Positions 1-13,257 of a DNA stretch of 64,000 bases are shown in pieces (position 1 is the stretch's first letter; each line of letters starts with the position of its first letter). Position numbers and translations under genes: made by a program. Below the pieces are notes generated by a model. It was not told the DNA's origin and searched no databases. It worked only from the letters and a program-made list of their open reading frames with translations. This DNA is from Vicugna vicugna (taxonomy: Eukaryota): contig MU059059.1 in assembly GCA_013265495.1 (NCBI GenBank), positions 1-64,000 of the forward strand, given 5' to 3'.

Positions 1-1485
1 GTGGGGTCACAGAATGATACTGGCCCACTACTCCCTCAGAGGATGGTTCTGAAAGGGAACTTTCCACCCTCTGCCAATGTTGGTGCTCACACCTTTGGGG
101 CCGGTCACAATCCAATCTGGCGATTTGAGGGGTAACTAAAGTCATTGCCAATTCCTCTGTCTGAACATCCAGCTCGCCGTTGTCCTTTACTCTGCTGACT
201 CCTCAACAGGGAGTTTGATATCCTCTCAGGGTTTTTGGCTCCCAGTGTGGCTGGTATTGTACAAGGGACAGCATCCTTGGAATTATGGCCAACAGTTGAC
301 GTGGGCAGGACCTGGGTCCTCAGATGGTGCCTTTCTGCTGCTCCACCCTCTAGAAGCATGGCAGTTAAAAAAAAAAGTAAGACCTGCAATTGCATTGTCA
401 AATCCCAACTTACCGTAAGGAGATCTCACAGATCAAGGGCACGATTGGAGAGAGCTCTCTCTGCCATTCTTTTCCTCTTCAGAAGCCCTGCATTCAGGAC
501 ATACTGGATTAGCCATTTCTAGCTGCCTTCGCAGTTGGACTTGAATGACCAAGGCCTTCTGGCTGGTTCATTCATTCATTGTTTCCTTTCAGATTTTAAG
601 AGGCACTCCTGTCGCATGAGCTTCTGGAATGGTCTGTTTCCATCAAAAAGGTCACTCACTCAGAGTTTTCCTAAGGCCTTGACACCCCTGAGGAACTAGG
701 GATGCTGGCCAAGAAGGAGATTGAAGGACCACAAAGAAAGGGTTCTTTTCTGGACTTCCAAGGGGTGATTCATGCTTCAAGATAAAATGTGCTTCCCGGG
801 GCACCCTGGTTTCATTGTTTGCACAGTCAGTGTAGGGACAGGTCTGGTACAGCAAGAGGTCCACCTTGCAGAAAATAACTGCTGTTCTTTGGAGCAATGA
901 TGGGGACCTATTTTTAGGCCACTGCCAGCTCCCATCTTCTTTTCCACAGCTGTCCTTGGCCAGACCCCTCTTAGTCTCCAGTCCCTAGGACCCCCCCCCA
1001 CCCCATTCCCAATCGAAAAAGGCTTTCTAAAACCAGAAAGAAGGCAGCCAGGGCATTGGTCTTACGTTCATCTCCCATCTTAAAACAACCGTGGACAAGA
1101 AGTATTGTCACCACTGGGCAACATAAGCAGTGACTCCAGACTTTTGTTTTGTAATTGTGTTTTTGCCTGCCACAAACAAGGAGATGACTTTCCTATGCTG
1201 ATCTGTCAATGCCTTAAAACTTTCATATAGCTGGCCCAGTATCTAGCACACGGTGAGTACCTATTAAATCATCAGCTGTGGTCCTTGGATATGATCAGAG
1301 ACCCAGATTTCTAGGTCATTAGGCGATGACATTTGTGTAGGAGCTGATGGTTGGCAAAGGCTTCCGGGATTAGGAAATCTGGGATCCCTCCCTAACTCGC
1401 TTGTGCGACCTTGGATGGCCTGTTTCCACCCTCTGAGATTTAATTCCACACGTGGAACTGTAGCTGGCTTCAGTGATGATAGCAA

Positions 1486-1700
1486 CAATAACAAAGACAG
1501 CCACTGTTTATTGAATACTTATTATATGCTGGGCACTGGGCTAAGTAAGCACTTGATATAGGTTCTCCTCACACGGCAATGAGATAGCTGTTATTGATTA
1601 TCTCCATTTTACAGCTGAGGCTCTGAAAGATAGTCATTGCACATGTCACACAGCCAGCAAGTAGCCAAATTGGTGTTTGAACGGACATCCATCTGATTCT
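1486..1700 (-). mobile_element. MIR SINE
   Basis: tttattgaatacttattatatgctgggcactgggctaag...ccattttacagctgagg...gtcacacagccagcaag matches the MIR core in reverse. Confidence 0.8.
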
Positions 1701-2435
1701 ATCGTGTTCTAAAGCCCTGGATCTCGTGGTGGAATAAATGTTGGGAGAAGGTAAGAGAGGAGCTACTGCTAGTTAAACTATAAGAAGGAGAGCTGGTGTG
1801 GATTAAACACAGCTAGTTAAAAGGAGATGGACGTCGAGATTCTCTTTTGAAAATCAACTTCCTGGCGAATGTTTGGGAAGAAGAGAGAGGTCGGTACCCC
1901 GCTTTGGGGAAGTAGACCAGATGGCCTGGGGGTTACCATAAGAAGACCAGGCTTTCTGCTTGGCATAGGAATATATCTCATAAACCCCATTTCATTGTGA
2001 TGCCATGTTTTCCTCTTACTCAGCAGGCTCTCTGGGCAGCATTTTTCTTGTCACCCTACCGCCACTAGGCATAGTAGTTTATCTTTGCAGATTCTGGACT
2101 CCAGTCCTCATCCTCCAACCTAGCTTCTGGACCTTACCCTGACCATCCTTATAGTCCAGCTGTGGACACCCTGATTATGACCCTGGGGCCCAAGTATACT
2201 CTGCAAAGTACAGCAAGCACTGGATTATCCTGTTCTTCTGAGAAAATACTTGTGGCCACTGATTACTCCATTCAAAGGTGACCAGCTAGTTCACTGAAGT
2301 GATTCTCATATCTTTCATCCCTGTCTGTTCCAGGCAAGTTAACATTGTGGCTTTTCTACATTTTGAGATGTTTGTGGAAGAGGAACAAAGGTTGAGGTGT
2401 TGGCCTGGGAGAGAGGGGCTGACCCCCTTTGAGAG

Positions 2436-2610
2436 TTAGCATGATGGTGCAGAATGGAGTGACATGCTAGGGGTCAGAATACATGGGTTCATGTCTCAGT
2501 TCAGTGACTCCAGGCATGTGACTTGAGACCTTTGGCCTTTTTTTCCCTTATCCATAAAATAAAAATGTTGGAAGAGATATTCTCTCACATCTCCAGCAGT
2601 AATGCTTGGA
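2436..2610 (+). mobile_element. MIR SINE (degraded)
   Basis: gggtcagaatacatgggttcatgtctcag...tgtgacttg...ccttatccataaaataaaa. Confidence 0.6.
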
Positions 2611-4454
2611 TGATCCAGTGGAATCTGGATAATTTGGTCCTTTTTCAGATGATAACTCAGCTGGTCTGGAGTTGTAGGGTGTCAGAGCTGGGAGAGCAGA
2701 GGTGGGGTTGAAGGAAAAGGAAGCCACATTAGAAGTTAAGGGACAAAGTCACAGCTGGAGTAAGTCCCTTCTTAGAAAGGGGGACTGGGTTGGTCATTCC
2801 TCCTTTGTTTAAATGTGGCAGCTGAGAAGTGGTGTGTCTTCACCCTTATACTGGCCGTCTTCTAAACCATGGAGCACACCTCTTGTATCTTGTTTTAAAA
2901 CTTAAACTTCACACCCCCCTCATCCTCTGACTGTCCCCAGGTGAAGGCAGCAGGGAAGTCATGCTTTGGTTATGTCTTCCATTCTGCACTTGGATTTGCA
3001 GACTCCAGGGCCTGGTTCAGCCCAGGATCTTCCCAGGGCTCCCAGGCATGGAGACTTCAGCTGAGGCTTTCCGGGTGACTCTGAGTTAGTGAGAACATAT
3101 CCCACTTCTGCTTCCCTGGCTCCCCATGAAAGAGCAAGATCATACTATAAGCTCAGCCTAGGAACTCAGGGGGTCACAGCTTCTCTGTTCATGACATTGG
3201 GCCGCCTCAATTTCCCTTTGAACAAGCCATTTGTCCAAGGATTCTGCTCTCCACTGGGACCGCTTCTATTTTAATTTCATCATATCCAAGGTTGCAGAGC
3301 AAATGATCTCCTACTGAATCCACCAAACCCATCTTTTCTGTCCTGCCTGCCTTGCTTTTTTTCCTGAGTTCCTTATTGCCCTATGGCAGTGATTTCTAAT
3401 TGTGGTTACCATACCACTGGGAATCTGAGAGATGATTTTTGTTGCAACAGGGAAAAACATTTCGTTTTAATAGCTATGTTTCTAATGAGTGTAAAGAAAC
3501 ATGACTCATTGGTATGTACTCATAATGTGACTTAATTTCGTCTCCCACTGTCCCTTGATGTTGATTCAGTGGCATTAGTTGTTCCCCTGCCCTGGGAGGA
3601 AAATCCCATCAGGCCCATAATGTTCCAGGTCATTCTTAGGCAGTAGAAGTTCTTGTGGTCACTTTAAGTCACAAACATAGTCTCAATTCAGTACTTAATA
3701 TGTCCAGTCCTTTGTCACTGGGCTGGGAAGGACAAGAAAGGCCTTGCTTGGCCAGCACTGTTGTCTGCCAGCTCCTAACTTCCTGGGCTTGGCAGGTACT
3801 TAATGCTGAGTCTCTTCTTGTGGCCATGGTCATCGGAGACTCTTTCCCCCCATTACTGGGACCATTCACTTCCAGTTGTCTTGAAAAGAGCAAATTATCC
3901 TCTATTCTAGATCCTTGTTCTTTCCTCAGCCCCTAAAATCCAGCGATTCACCTCTAGCCTCTTTCAGCTAAGGTCCTTCCATCCGTCTGAGCCACCCTCT
4001 TGGACAAGACCTCCTCTGAACTCATGCGAGCCCCCTCTTGCACGTAGCCCACATAATCCAAGGAAACAGTCACACATCCTTTGGCACAATGAACCTGGGA
4101 ACGCAGGCCCACTCCCCAGCTCAGCCGTCTCCCTTAGCTCTGCCCATAGCAGATGGCCAGCTTGCATCTCTCACCGCCAGTGTCTCAGGTATGGTCAGGT
4201 GCCAGTCCACCCTGTCCTCTCGGGTTCAGGGTCAGATATCAGATTTCCCGAGTGATTCTGCTGAAGGACCTCTCAGCAGCTTGGGAGCGTCAGTCCTGTT
4301 GTATCCAGGGCCTTGGTTAAGACTTTTGAGTTAACCTCCTGTTATGTGTGTGTCATCAAACCATGGCTGTCACAAGAAGCCCAGGAGTTCATGGATGTTA
4401 CTGCTTAGGATGAGGCTACAGTACGTATATAACTGCAAATACAACAAATAAAAA

Positions 4455-4705
4455 AGGCTAACGACAACTCACATTTACTGAGTACTCATAATGCCAGGGA
4501 CTGTGTTTGGGGCAGTAAACATGCTCTTTCCTGTAACCGTCACAAGGGAGGTACTTGTAGTATCTCTATGCCACGTATGAGTAAACCAAGGCAAAGAGAG
4601 GTTATGCAGTTTGTCCGAGGTCACACAGTTGGCATCAGAACCCGGATTCCAATGGCAAGAATCTGACCGCAGAGTGTACTCTTTTAAATGGCTACACTCT
4701 GCCTC
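4455..4705 (-). mobile_element. MIR SINE
   Basis: catttactgagtact...atgagtaaaccaaggcaaagagaggttatgcagtttgtccgaggtcacacag. Confidence 0.8.
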
Positions 4706-5569
4706 TTTCTGCAAGGATAGCGGGCAGCCTTCAGTCGTGAAGGCAGAACTCAAATGACTGGGAAACGTGCCTTAGGACACATTGTAGGTTCCTCACTCTG
4801 GCACTTAAGCTCTCCATGTCTTGCTTTTCCCTGCTTTTCCAATAACTCCTTCTAGGCCCTTCACCAGCACCTAATCCACACGCCCAACTCACCTGCCGCG
4901 CATCCGCCCCCAACCCCATACCTCATATTATTTTCCTGCCAGGAGGCCCTGCATCTGCTCTGCTGCCTTCCCAAATTCCAGTCCTTTTAAAAGTCAGAAC
5001 CCACCTTTGCTGCAAAGGTATATTTGACGAAAACCACTTTAGCTGGGATCTTGTCTCCTCTTGCAATTTCCTTACTAAGTTGGCAATTATTCTGTACTTC
5101 TATGCAAAGAGCAGTGAAGGGCAGTTAGCATACCCAGAATCTGATCTCTCCGTGCCACTAACTTCCTGCTGCTAACTTGTACAAGATCTTTGACCTCTCT
5201 GAACCTTGGCTTCATCATTTTTAAAGTACAGGTGTGGATTAGCTCCTTTCAGTGTCCAGTATTCTGTGCCTTCCAGTCCCCCCTAACTTTTCAGCCCTTG
5301 AGGCGGGGGCCTGAGTCCGGCGTGTCTCAGTACAGCCCAGGACCCTGCACAAGCTCTTACACACAGACGGAACTTAACAGTAGCGGTTGGTTGGCTGGTG
5401 GGAAATGCTGTAAGTCTGCTCTGGGCTTGACCCAGCTTTTAGAAATCGCCTTCCTCTGGGTCATCACTGCCGAAGACTTCACAGTTTTCTTTTCTGCACA
5501 AGTTTATAACCAAAGTTTTGGGTCTAATCTGCTGCCTCTTTTCTTTAAGAGACCCAATGCAATGCTGTT

Positions 5570-5873
5570 CAGGCCCACGTGCCTTTATCTGCAGTTTCAA
5601 AATCCAAAACATTCTAAAACCAAAAGCTTTTTTTTAACTCACGTGATGGCAGAGCCTGACCTGGACGAACACAAGGCCACTGGTGGTCTCTTTACTCTGC
5701 GGAGAGTGAATATTCACAGTTCTGGTTGCAGAAATCTTCATGTGTTTGGCAATGCTGCCCCAGACGCTGCTGTGGGGATTATGTAATCTACTGGATGTGT
5801 TCTATATTACCTTTTAAAAAATCTAAACAATTCTGAATTCCACGTGTTTGGGATCAGAGATTGTGGTGCTCTG
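5570..5873 (-). mobile_element. TcMar-Tigger MITE (MER46C-like)
   Basis: Degenerate terminal inverted repeats caggcccacgtgcctttatc ... gagattgtggtgctctg; internal sequence resembles the opposite-strand copy at 41128. Confidence 0.65.
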
Positions 5874-6482
5874 CGGTATTTCTCCAGGGGTGCTAATCTC
5901 AGTAAGGGGTCCTTGCGATGCGGGACTATACTAACATCATTGACCCTCGCATGACCTTGCCTCACTGGCCTTGCCCTCATCCCGGCCCTGGTTCCAGTTC
6001 AATAACAGCCCACACCTTGGGTTTACCAATTTGTTTTTTTTAAATATTGCATCGCACTATCATCTACCCTGATTACTAAGCTTTTTACTGGCACCTCTTC
6101 AAGTATTGTATCCGAGTCCAGTGCCTTTCTTGCCTCACCCTAGTCCCAGCCCTGCTTGACTCCTAAACCACGAAGGCTTCCCTCTTCCTACTGTGATGTC
6201 TCAGGGGTGAACCGGCATGTCGTCAGGGTGGGAGTACCTACCTGCTAGGTATCTGCACTTCACTTTAATACTGGGTGGAAGGGGGTGGCTGTTGGCCCCT
6301 TGGCTGAGTCAGCTCTGCAGAGACTCGTAAACTGGTTCCTACATCTGAATGTTTCTTCAGAGCCCACGTGAGCCAGGTTCCTCTACTTCCTTCTGGGAAG
6401 GGATGCAGGTATTCATTTGAGAGTCAGTGTCCTTCTTAATCCGTACAGCTGCTTCCACCTAACATTTTAAAATTAAAAAATA

Positions 6483-6590
6483 GGGGAGGGTAACAGCTCA
6501 GTGGTAGAGCATGTGCTTAGCATGTGCAAGGTCCTGGATTCAATCTTCAGTACCTCCATTTAAAAAAATAAACACCAGGAAAAAAATTCT
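6483..6590 (+). mobile_element. tRNA-Ala-derived camelid SINE (vic-1-like), short form
   Basis: GGGGAGGGTAACAGCTCAGTGGTAGAGCATGTGCTTAGCATGTGCAAGGTCCTGGATTCAATCTTCAGTACCTCCA plus an A-rich tail; A box and B box recognisable. Confidence 0.9.
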
Positions 6591-8599
6591 TTTAAATATA
6601 TACACAAATACTCCTGGAAGAACATGAATACAATAGAAAAATGTACAATGATAGAGTCTAAAGTGTTCTAGTCTGTTTTATTCATTTTTTTGATGAGGAA
6701 ACTGAGAGGAGAGGTAATAGAGTTGGGAGGGTTAGTGCAAGAGCCAGGCTCAGAAAGCTCTGTCTCTGGACCACCCACTAGCATCCCAGAATGGCAGGCT
6801 ACCCCTTTCCTTTTCTCCCAGTCCCCAGGTGTCCTCGTTGGGGAGGACACATGAATCAGTTAGCTATCCCCTCTTGACTGAAGGACACTTCTTTTAACCC
6901 TTTGTCCCTCTTTGGCAGTGACGGGCACGCCTGTGGGAATTTAGCCTGCCTTTTCCCTACCATTAAATAACCAGCCTCTCTCAGATTCTGAGCCCTGAGT
7001 ATTTCTGACCTGCCTTTTTAACCTTTTGGAGGTCCTCTGAGATCATTCCTCTATCCCTATTCCTGTCCATGATTCCTTGTGATATAGCATTTCCATAAAT
7101 ATCCTTAAGCATCTTCTTACATACTGTTTACTCAATCTTCTCATCCATTAAGAAGATGTTCCCCAGACCAAGTCTGGCACCTATTTCTTTGACTTCTTCT
7201 AAACACATCTTTGCCTCCAGACATTCAACCATTTATCATTTCCCCGGGGCCTGCAGATGGCCTGTGGTCTTCTACCTCTTGTCATTATGTGCTGGAAAAT
7301 GCTGAGGTTAGTCTCATTTAAATTAATCGAGAAATTCGTGAAAATTGTGAAATGAAATTCCCCAAAGGTGTCCAACTGAATCATTTTCTTAAGCGCCATG
7401 GACTGACCACGTCGTGTACTCATCATTCAGGAACTTCATGTTGATGTTTGTAAAAGGCCGTTGAATTTATCCTGTGGGATTGATCATTTGAAGCCCCCTG
7501 AATCTGCTCACCGCTCCATTTCCCTCAGCACCACAGTTTCCCTTGCTTCTTGGGGCACAAAGTAGGGGCCCCTCTTTTATCGAGTAAATATTTTTAATGC
7601 CTCCTAATTATTCCGACTCAAATTCGTAGATAATATGACACACCTACATACATAAATTTTTAAAAAATCAACATAATGCCTAAACTGTATTACAAAAGAG
7701 AAATAAAGGAAAAGTTAATTATAATACAATGTCACATATTCTAATATGGGCATGACTCCCCAGAAAACAGAAGGAGAGTCCAATGCTTGAACCTGTACAT
7801 AAAATCACTGCGAATGAAACAGCCATAAATACACACAACAGGCAGGTGTGTAGTGTGGGTGACTCCAGTACCAGGAGAGGTGCTGCTGAGGTTGACGTGA
7901 TTTTCCCACATGGTGAACCACTCTTGGTAAAGCTCCAAATGAAGAGCAAAGGATCCCCTTGATTTGCACTCCAGTGGCATTCCTGGAAAATTCAGTGTAT
8001 GCTAAAACCATGCAAAAATCCTGTGCTAATTTCAGAAAGGGAGTTTGGTTCTAGATGCAGATAATTGTAAACGGACTTTTCACCTCTGTGAATGCCCAGC
8101 TGAATGTTCTAAAGTCATATGGGAGAGTTCTTTTGTGAGTTGTTGTGGGAGCCGCAGGGTGTCCGGCATTCCAGGTCCCCACCAATAAGTACCTGTAGCA
8201 CTCCTCACCCACCAAGTGATGCAGACTGAGGGCCCTCACCGCCCGCCATCCCACGGTGGCCCTGTTGAGAACAACTGCTGTTCTGGAAGAAGGACCGGGA
8301 CTGGGAACTGGGAGACCTGTCTTCTAGGTCTGGCTGTAGTGCCTTAGTACTTATGCCACCTTTACTCTAGCTGCCTGGGTTCCTCTCGGTAAAGGGATTA
8401 TAGTGACACTCGTGTCCTGCTGGCCTTTGGGACTGTGGCTCATCGTGCTCCCCTCCATGACCTCAGGACACCCTGAGCATCCACATGTGCCCCACAACAT
8501 ATGTCCCAGCCACAAGCTCTCCCTTGCTGTGTTTTTTTTCCTTAGCGTTAAACATCCTTAGGTCTCCCTTATCTAGGAAAGAAGAAAAGAGGAAGGGAG

Positions 8600-9260
8600 A
8601 AAGGACCTCCCTGCTCCAGCGGCTTTTCTCTCTCCTTCCCTTCCCAAGCAAACTTCTGAAGAGTCACCTGTCCACACTGTCTCAGCCACCTACCTTTGCA
8701 GTCACTCCTCCTTCTTAAATGGTCCTCAATGACCTTTTTTGCTGCTAAATCTCTTCATTCCCTGTCTGGTTTGTCTCTGCAATTGACCACGATCACTGAC
8801 ACTCTCCTGCCCTCATTTCCCTGGCGAGGTCCCTTCCTGGGTGTCTTCATCCCTTCTTGGCCCTTTCTGAGGCCCCTTCACAACACTTCATCCTCCACCA
8901 GCTCCGGATGCCACCCCTCGCACCTTCTCCCTGGCGGGCTCCTTCTCTCCGCTGCTCCATCCAGTGGGGGTCTGACACCTGCTTCCAGCCTAGAGTCCTG
9001 GGGCATTTCAAACTTAGAGCACCTGAAACACAGTTCATCGTGTGGCTCCTCTAATACACACCTTTGCCTGCATCCTCTTCTCTCTGGGAATGACCCTGCC
9101 CTTGCCCAAGTCAGAAGTCTGGGTGACTTTCTCAAACTCTCTCTTTCTCTCCCTCCCACCACCCCCAATAAATCCCTCACCCAGCCCTGTCAGTCCTGCT
9201 TTCTTAATAGCTCTGGAGTCTTTACTAATTGGCTGCTTGACCCTTGTTGGCATTTGGGAT
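8600..9260 (+). mobile_element. L2 LINE internal fragment
   Basis: Pyrimidine-rich with L2 hallmarks (ctcaatgacc...tgctaaatc, gggcatttcaaactt, gactttactaattggctgc). Confidence 0.65.
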
Positions 9261-9289
9261 GACAATTTCTATTTACTGTTTGGGCTAGA

Positions 9290-9540
9290 TTAAAATCTTT
9301 ACAGCCCCTCCTCACTGACGGGCTTAGGGTCCCCTAAGTCATTAAAAATACATCAATATAATTCTCAATTAGAATATAAAATCATGTTTTCAGAAATAAC
9401 AAAATTTACTTGTGTACTGAAACCACAATAGCTTCTTTTGGAACCTCTCTCATTTTCTCCTCTTTAAAACAATTTTCTCTGGTGTCCCATCATGGCCAGT
9501 GCCCTAAGCACAGTCTACCAGGATGGTTGGGCAGTGCAGG
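9290..9540. mobile_element. hAT-Tip100-like DNA transposon relic
   Basis: gggcttagggtcccc ... gccagtgccctaagcac motifs typical of MER45/ORSL-type elements. Confidence 0.4.
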
Positions 9541-9655
9541 ACCACTTAGAATGTCAGCCGCTGTGGCCCGGGCTTGGGTCTTTGCCTCTGGGGTCCTTGC
9601 ATGTCCCTGGTGGTGGACATAGACACTGAGTAATTGTTAAAGGAACATGTGAACG

Positions 9656-9770
9656 TGTTACAGCAACCTGAATCCCATCGAGAGACCAAGCGACACTTGG
9701 AGGGTTGAAGAACTCAGGTTTATTATGCCAGTGGGCCCAGAGGAATTAACACTCCAAACACTGGACCCCG
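9656..9770 (-). mobile_element. Truncated ERV LTR 3' end (R-U5)
   Basis: On the minus strand: AATAAA (plus-strand 9719-24) followed about 60 nt later by a terminal ...GTAACA; CpG retained; resembles laurasiatherian ERV1 LTR ends from memory. Confidence 0.45.
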
Positions 9771-10829
9771 GGAAGGCAATGGCCCTGCCTGGGAGGTCTT
9801 GCTGGTCCCTTTGTGTGTTTTGCCCACAAATGAATTCAAATGAATGCATGAAGAATGGGGTGGACTTGAAGGAAGTTCATTTAAGTAAAAGGTTGTCAGA
9901 ATGGAAGTTATTATTGTTATTAGGTTTCTGGTATTTGACGCTACAGTAGAATTTCTAAGATTTTATATTTCTGATGTTCTAAAAGCAACCAGCCCCTCTG
10001 CTGAACTTCAGCTTTCGCACCCCAACCAGCTTAGTGTTGAGTAGTCTGCACATAATAGGTGCATATAAGGATTTCTGAATTAATAAACAGATGAATTGGA
10101 TAACAGGATGGTTTTCTCCAACCCCTTCCCTGCAGTGAGTCTCCTTAAAGAGACTCCATCAGTGATCTCTTATTTAAAGAGGGGCGTTATTTCAAGAGGC
10201 CACACCCAGCTGTGACAGACGGGGTACCTGGGGAGGGAGGCTGTGCCTGTCTGTGTGGGAGGGAGGAGGTTTACTTCGGAGTTGGGTGGCAGTGATGGTG
10301 GTGGGATGTGGGAATTGGGGCATTCCCCCCCTAGAAAGCCTGAGTGAGATCTCAGAAAGGAGGAACATGGTCTAAAGTCCTAATGTCAGGCAGTATGAAT
10401 GGGACTAGCCACAAGTTTGTGGGAGGTGGCGGTGATGAAATACCATGAAACACTCAGAAGGCTGTGGCTTAACACGTATAGCCTGACTCATTACCGTGGG
10501 CTTGTGGCTGTCAAAACATCTTCAGCAAATATTAACTACATACAAGAATAGATCCAGAAGGTTAATCAATCCTGTCCTTTGGTACTAATAGGGAGGCCTC
10601 CTGGAGGATTGCTGATCTTGGGGAGAGGAAGGAGTAAATAAGTGGAGAAGTAAGAAAAGGGGAGGGCCACACCAGAGATGAGGTGTATCTTATAGGGACC
10701 TTTTGGCAGAGCTGGAATTTTTGTATCCAGTGTAGACATGTGATGACCAATGTCCTTCCTGGATTCACCCTGCACGTCTGCTCCACCCCACCCCACCCCA
10801 CTCCCTGTCTAAAGGAAGGGGCCCCTTTG

Positions 10830-10968
10830 TTGTTTTTTTCTCCAAATTTGTTATTTGGAAGTAGTTTCAAACAAACTTACAGAAAAGTTACCAGAATAGT
10901 CCAGATATATACTCTTTATCCAGAGTCACTATTTTTAACATTTTCCTCATTTACTTCATCATTGATGT

Positions 10969-11000
<32 letters not shown>

Positions 11001-11660
11001 CTTAACCTTTTTTTTTTTTCCCTGAAACTTTGAAGAGCAAGTTGCCTACATCATGGCCCTTTCTCTCTGAATATTTCAGCGTGGATTTCCTAATACGGAT
11101 ACTGTTTTATAGAAACTTCAGTGAACTGAACTTTAATATGATAGTTTATTTAATCTGCTGGCTGTATAGCAGTTTTGTGATTGACTTAGTAATGTCCTTT
11201 ACAGCATTTTTTCCTCTCTGGTCCAGGCTCCCACACTGCATTTAGTTGTCATGTCTCTTTAATCTCCTTTCATCCAGAACAGTTCCTCAGCCTTTGTCTT
11301 TCATGACATTGACATTTTTGAAGAACATAGCCTCCTCCTTCCCCTTAAAAAATATATGTATTCTTCCCTTTGGATTTGTGTGCTGATGCCGCACGTGTAG
11401 ACAGGGGGTTATATGTTCCCATCCGGCATACGTGTGAGTGATGTTGTGTCCTTTTCTGTGTGTTACATCCAGAGGCACTGGAGGTCCGTCTGTCCCTTAC
11501 GCGTGGACTAAGTTTGATCACTTGGTCAAGGTGCTGTCCTATTTCTTCACTGTACACTTTCTAATTTTCCCTCACTACTAATAAGCAATCTATGGCAAGA
11601 CACCTTAAGACCATAGAAATATCTTACTCGGCATCAACATTTTGCCTCAAGATTTACTAT
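10830..11660 (-). mobile_element. Ancient L1 (L1MC/L1ME-type) 3' fragment
   Basis: acttacagaaaagttaccag...cactgcatttagttgtcatgtctctttaatctcc...cctttgtctttcatgacattgacatttttgaaga is characteristic of L1MC 3'UTR antisense. Confidence 0.8.
10969..10994. repeat. (TC)13 microsatellite
   Basis: Direct count; lies inside the L1 relic. Confidence 0.95.
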
Positions 11661-12379
11661 CTCCCCTGGATTTGCACATATTTCTGGATCCCAGGCAAAG
11701 GTTGGGAGTTCAAGCTGTCTGGGACCAGGTAACCCATTTTCGAGGGCCTTGGCCGGATAGGAGGGCCTTGCTGTGTGGGGCCCAGCCCTGTTGTGTAACC
11801 GCATTTCCACAATAGCTTGCCTCTTCCTACTCCCACCAGGAACAAAAGCTCATCCGTTATTCACACAACTGACACCTAAGAGTGTTCTTATGAAAGCTTC
11901 TCAGCTTTATTTGGGCACAGTGGGGTATGAAAAGAAGGCTGGTGCCCTCTGAATGTCTTTAAGAAGCCTACTGTAGGGTTGGAGAGACAAGACTTGATCA
12001 CTTCAAGGTAAAGGACTTGTAAGTTGTCAGTACTGTAACCCCACAGGACAGCTCAATGTTTTAGAGTCTTAGAGAAATTTTAGAGAACAGCCGTCCTGTG
12101 ACCCTGGAGAATTAGGTCCGCCGGGAGTTTGGGGGAGGAGGGATCAGAGTGGGTTAGGTACGAAGCAGGGACCTTTTCACTAACATGGATAATCTTTGAG
12201 TGGACATTGAAGAACGGGTGAATGTGGGTAAACGGCGATAGGCAAGGGCGTTCTGGGGGCGGGACCGTGTGTACAGGGACTGGGAGGTGGGAGCTTGGAT
12301 CTAACGATTGGTTCACACTGAGTTATGGACCAGCCTGGATAGGGCCAAGGGTTGGTGTAGGGGGCGCCTACCTCATGCC

Positions 12380-12720
12380 AGGCATTTTAAAAAATAACTT
12401 TTCTGACTCCAAAAGTAATACGTATTTGGTATAGGAAGTTTAGAAAAATAGTTACATAAAGAAAAATTGTAATGAAGTCATTCTATTGTTTCGTCCAGAG
12501 AGAACCGGTTAACCGTGGTGTATTTCCTCACGTCTAAGATCTTAAGCATTCTTCTGGCAACACCTTTGTTTGGAGTCATAGAATCAGTAACCCCTCTTAA
12601 CTCCTTAGAGAATATTAATTGTACTTTTAAAAGCATTTCATTCTGTTGACTTTATATTCATTTTGTTTTTTATCTAGAACTTCTGTTCTCAAATTTGGTG
12701 CTTCTTTGGGGGTTTGGGTT
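12380..12720 (-). mobile_element. L1ME-type fragment
   Basis: AT-rich aaagtaatacgt...aagtttagaaaaata...cagagagaaccggttaacc pattern. Confidence 0.5.
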
Positions 12721-13049
12721 TTTGTCAAATGTTCAGTGAGTCTTGGTTGTGTTCCCCTCTTGGTATTATGAGCTTCTTCAGTCACTTCTGTGTGAAGTCT
12801 GACTCCGTGCTCTAGAGCTAGCTGCCCCTGATTGTGGACGGGAGGGTGGGATGTGCCTGCTGGGGACCTGCAGGAGCTGTCTGGGTGTCCCCTCCCTCTC
12901 TATCCTAATTTCCTGGCACAAACCTGGTGGAAAGGTGGGGCAGGGGCCCACTTGCCCTGCTGCTCCAAATCCAATGACCAACCACTCAGGACCTCTCCTG
13001 GGCCCCTAGTCTGCTCACTCCAAACTTGGAGCCCTCCTCTGACTGAGTG

Positions 13050-13256
13050 TAGACGCCTCAGTCACACTGCTTGAGTTCAAATCCTAGCCCTGGCACTAAC
13101 TAGCACTATGACCTTGGGAAAGCTATGTAACTCTGGGTCTGATTTATAAAGTGGTGGAAGTAACAGTCTCTATCTCAAAGGATTTTTCTGAGGGTTAACT
13201 GAGATAATATGTGCTTAGAACAGTGCCTGGCAGATATATGTGGTGCATGAGTGTCG

Positions 13257-13257
<1 letters not shown>
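13050..13257 (+). mobile_element. MIR SINE
   Basis: gagttcaaatcctagccctggcactaactagcactatgaccttggg...gtgcttagaacagtgcctggca. Confidence 0.85.

Noticed and set aside
448-461. 14-bp palindrome GAGAGAGCTCTCTC and nearby acceptor-like tttcctcttcag (469-480)
   Set aside because: Low-complexity palindrome; no convincing downstream donor to define an exon.
5190-5786. 198-aa ORF (and similar 170-215 aa ORFs at 16068, 32041, 33570, 34521, 42924 and 56585)
   Set aside because: Non-ATG or weak starts, running through MIR/MER/L2/SINE relics or UTR, with no recognisable domain; expected by chance in GC-rich mammalian DNA.
6483-6560. tRNA-Ala(AGC) genes here and at 16.2, 43.7 and 52.1 kb
   Set aside because: A-rich tails and (for three copies) TSDs show they are SINE insertions, not tRNA genes.
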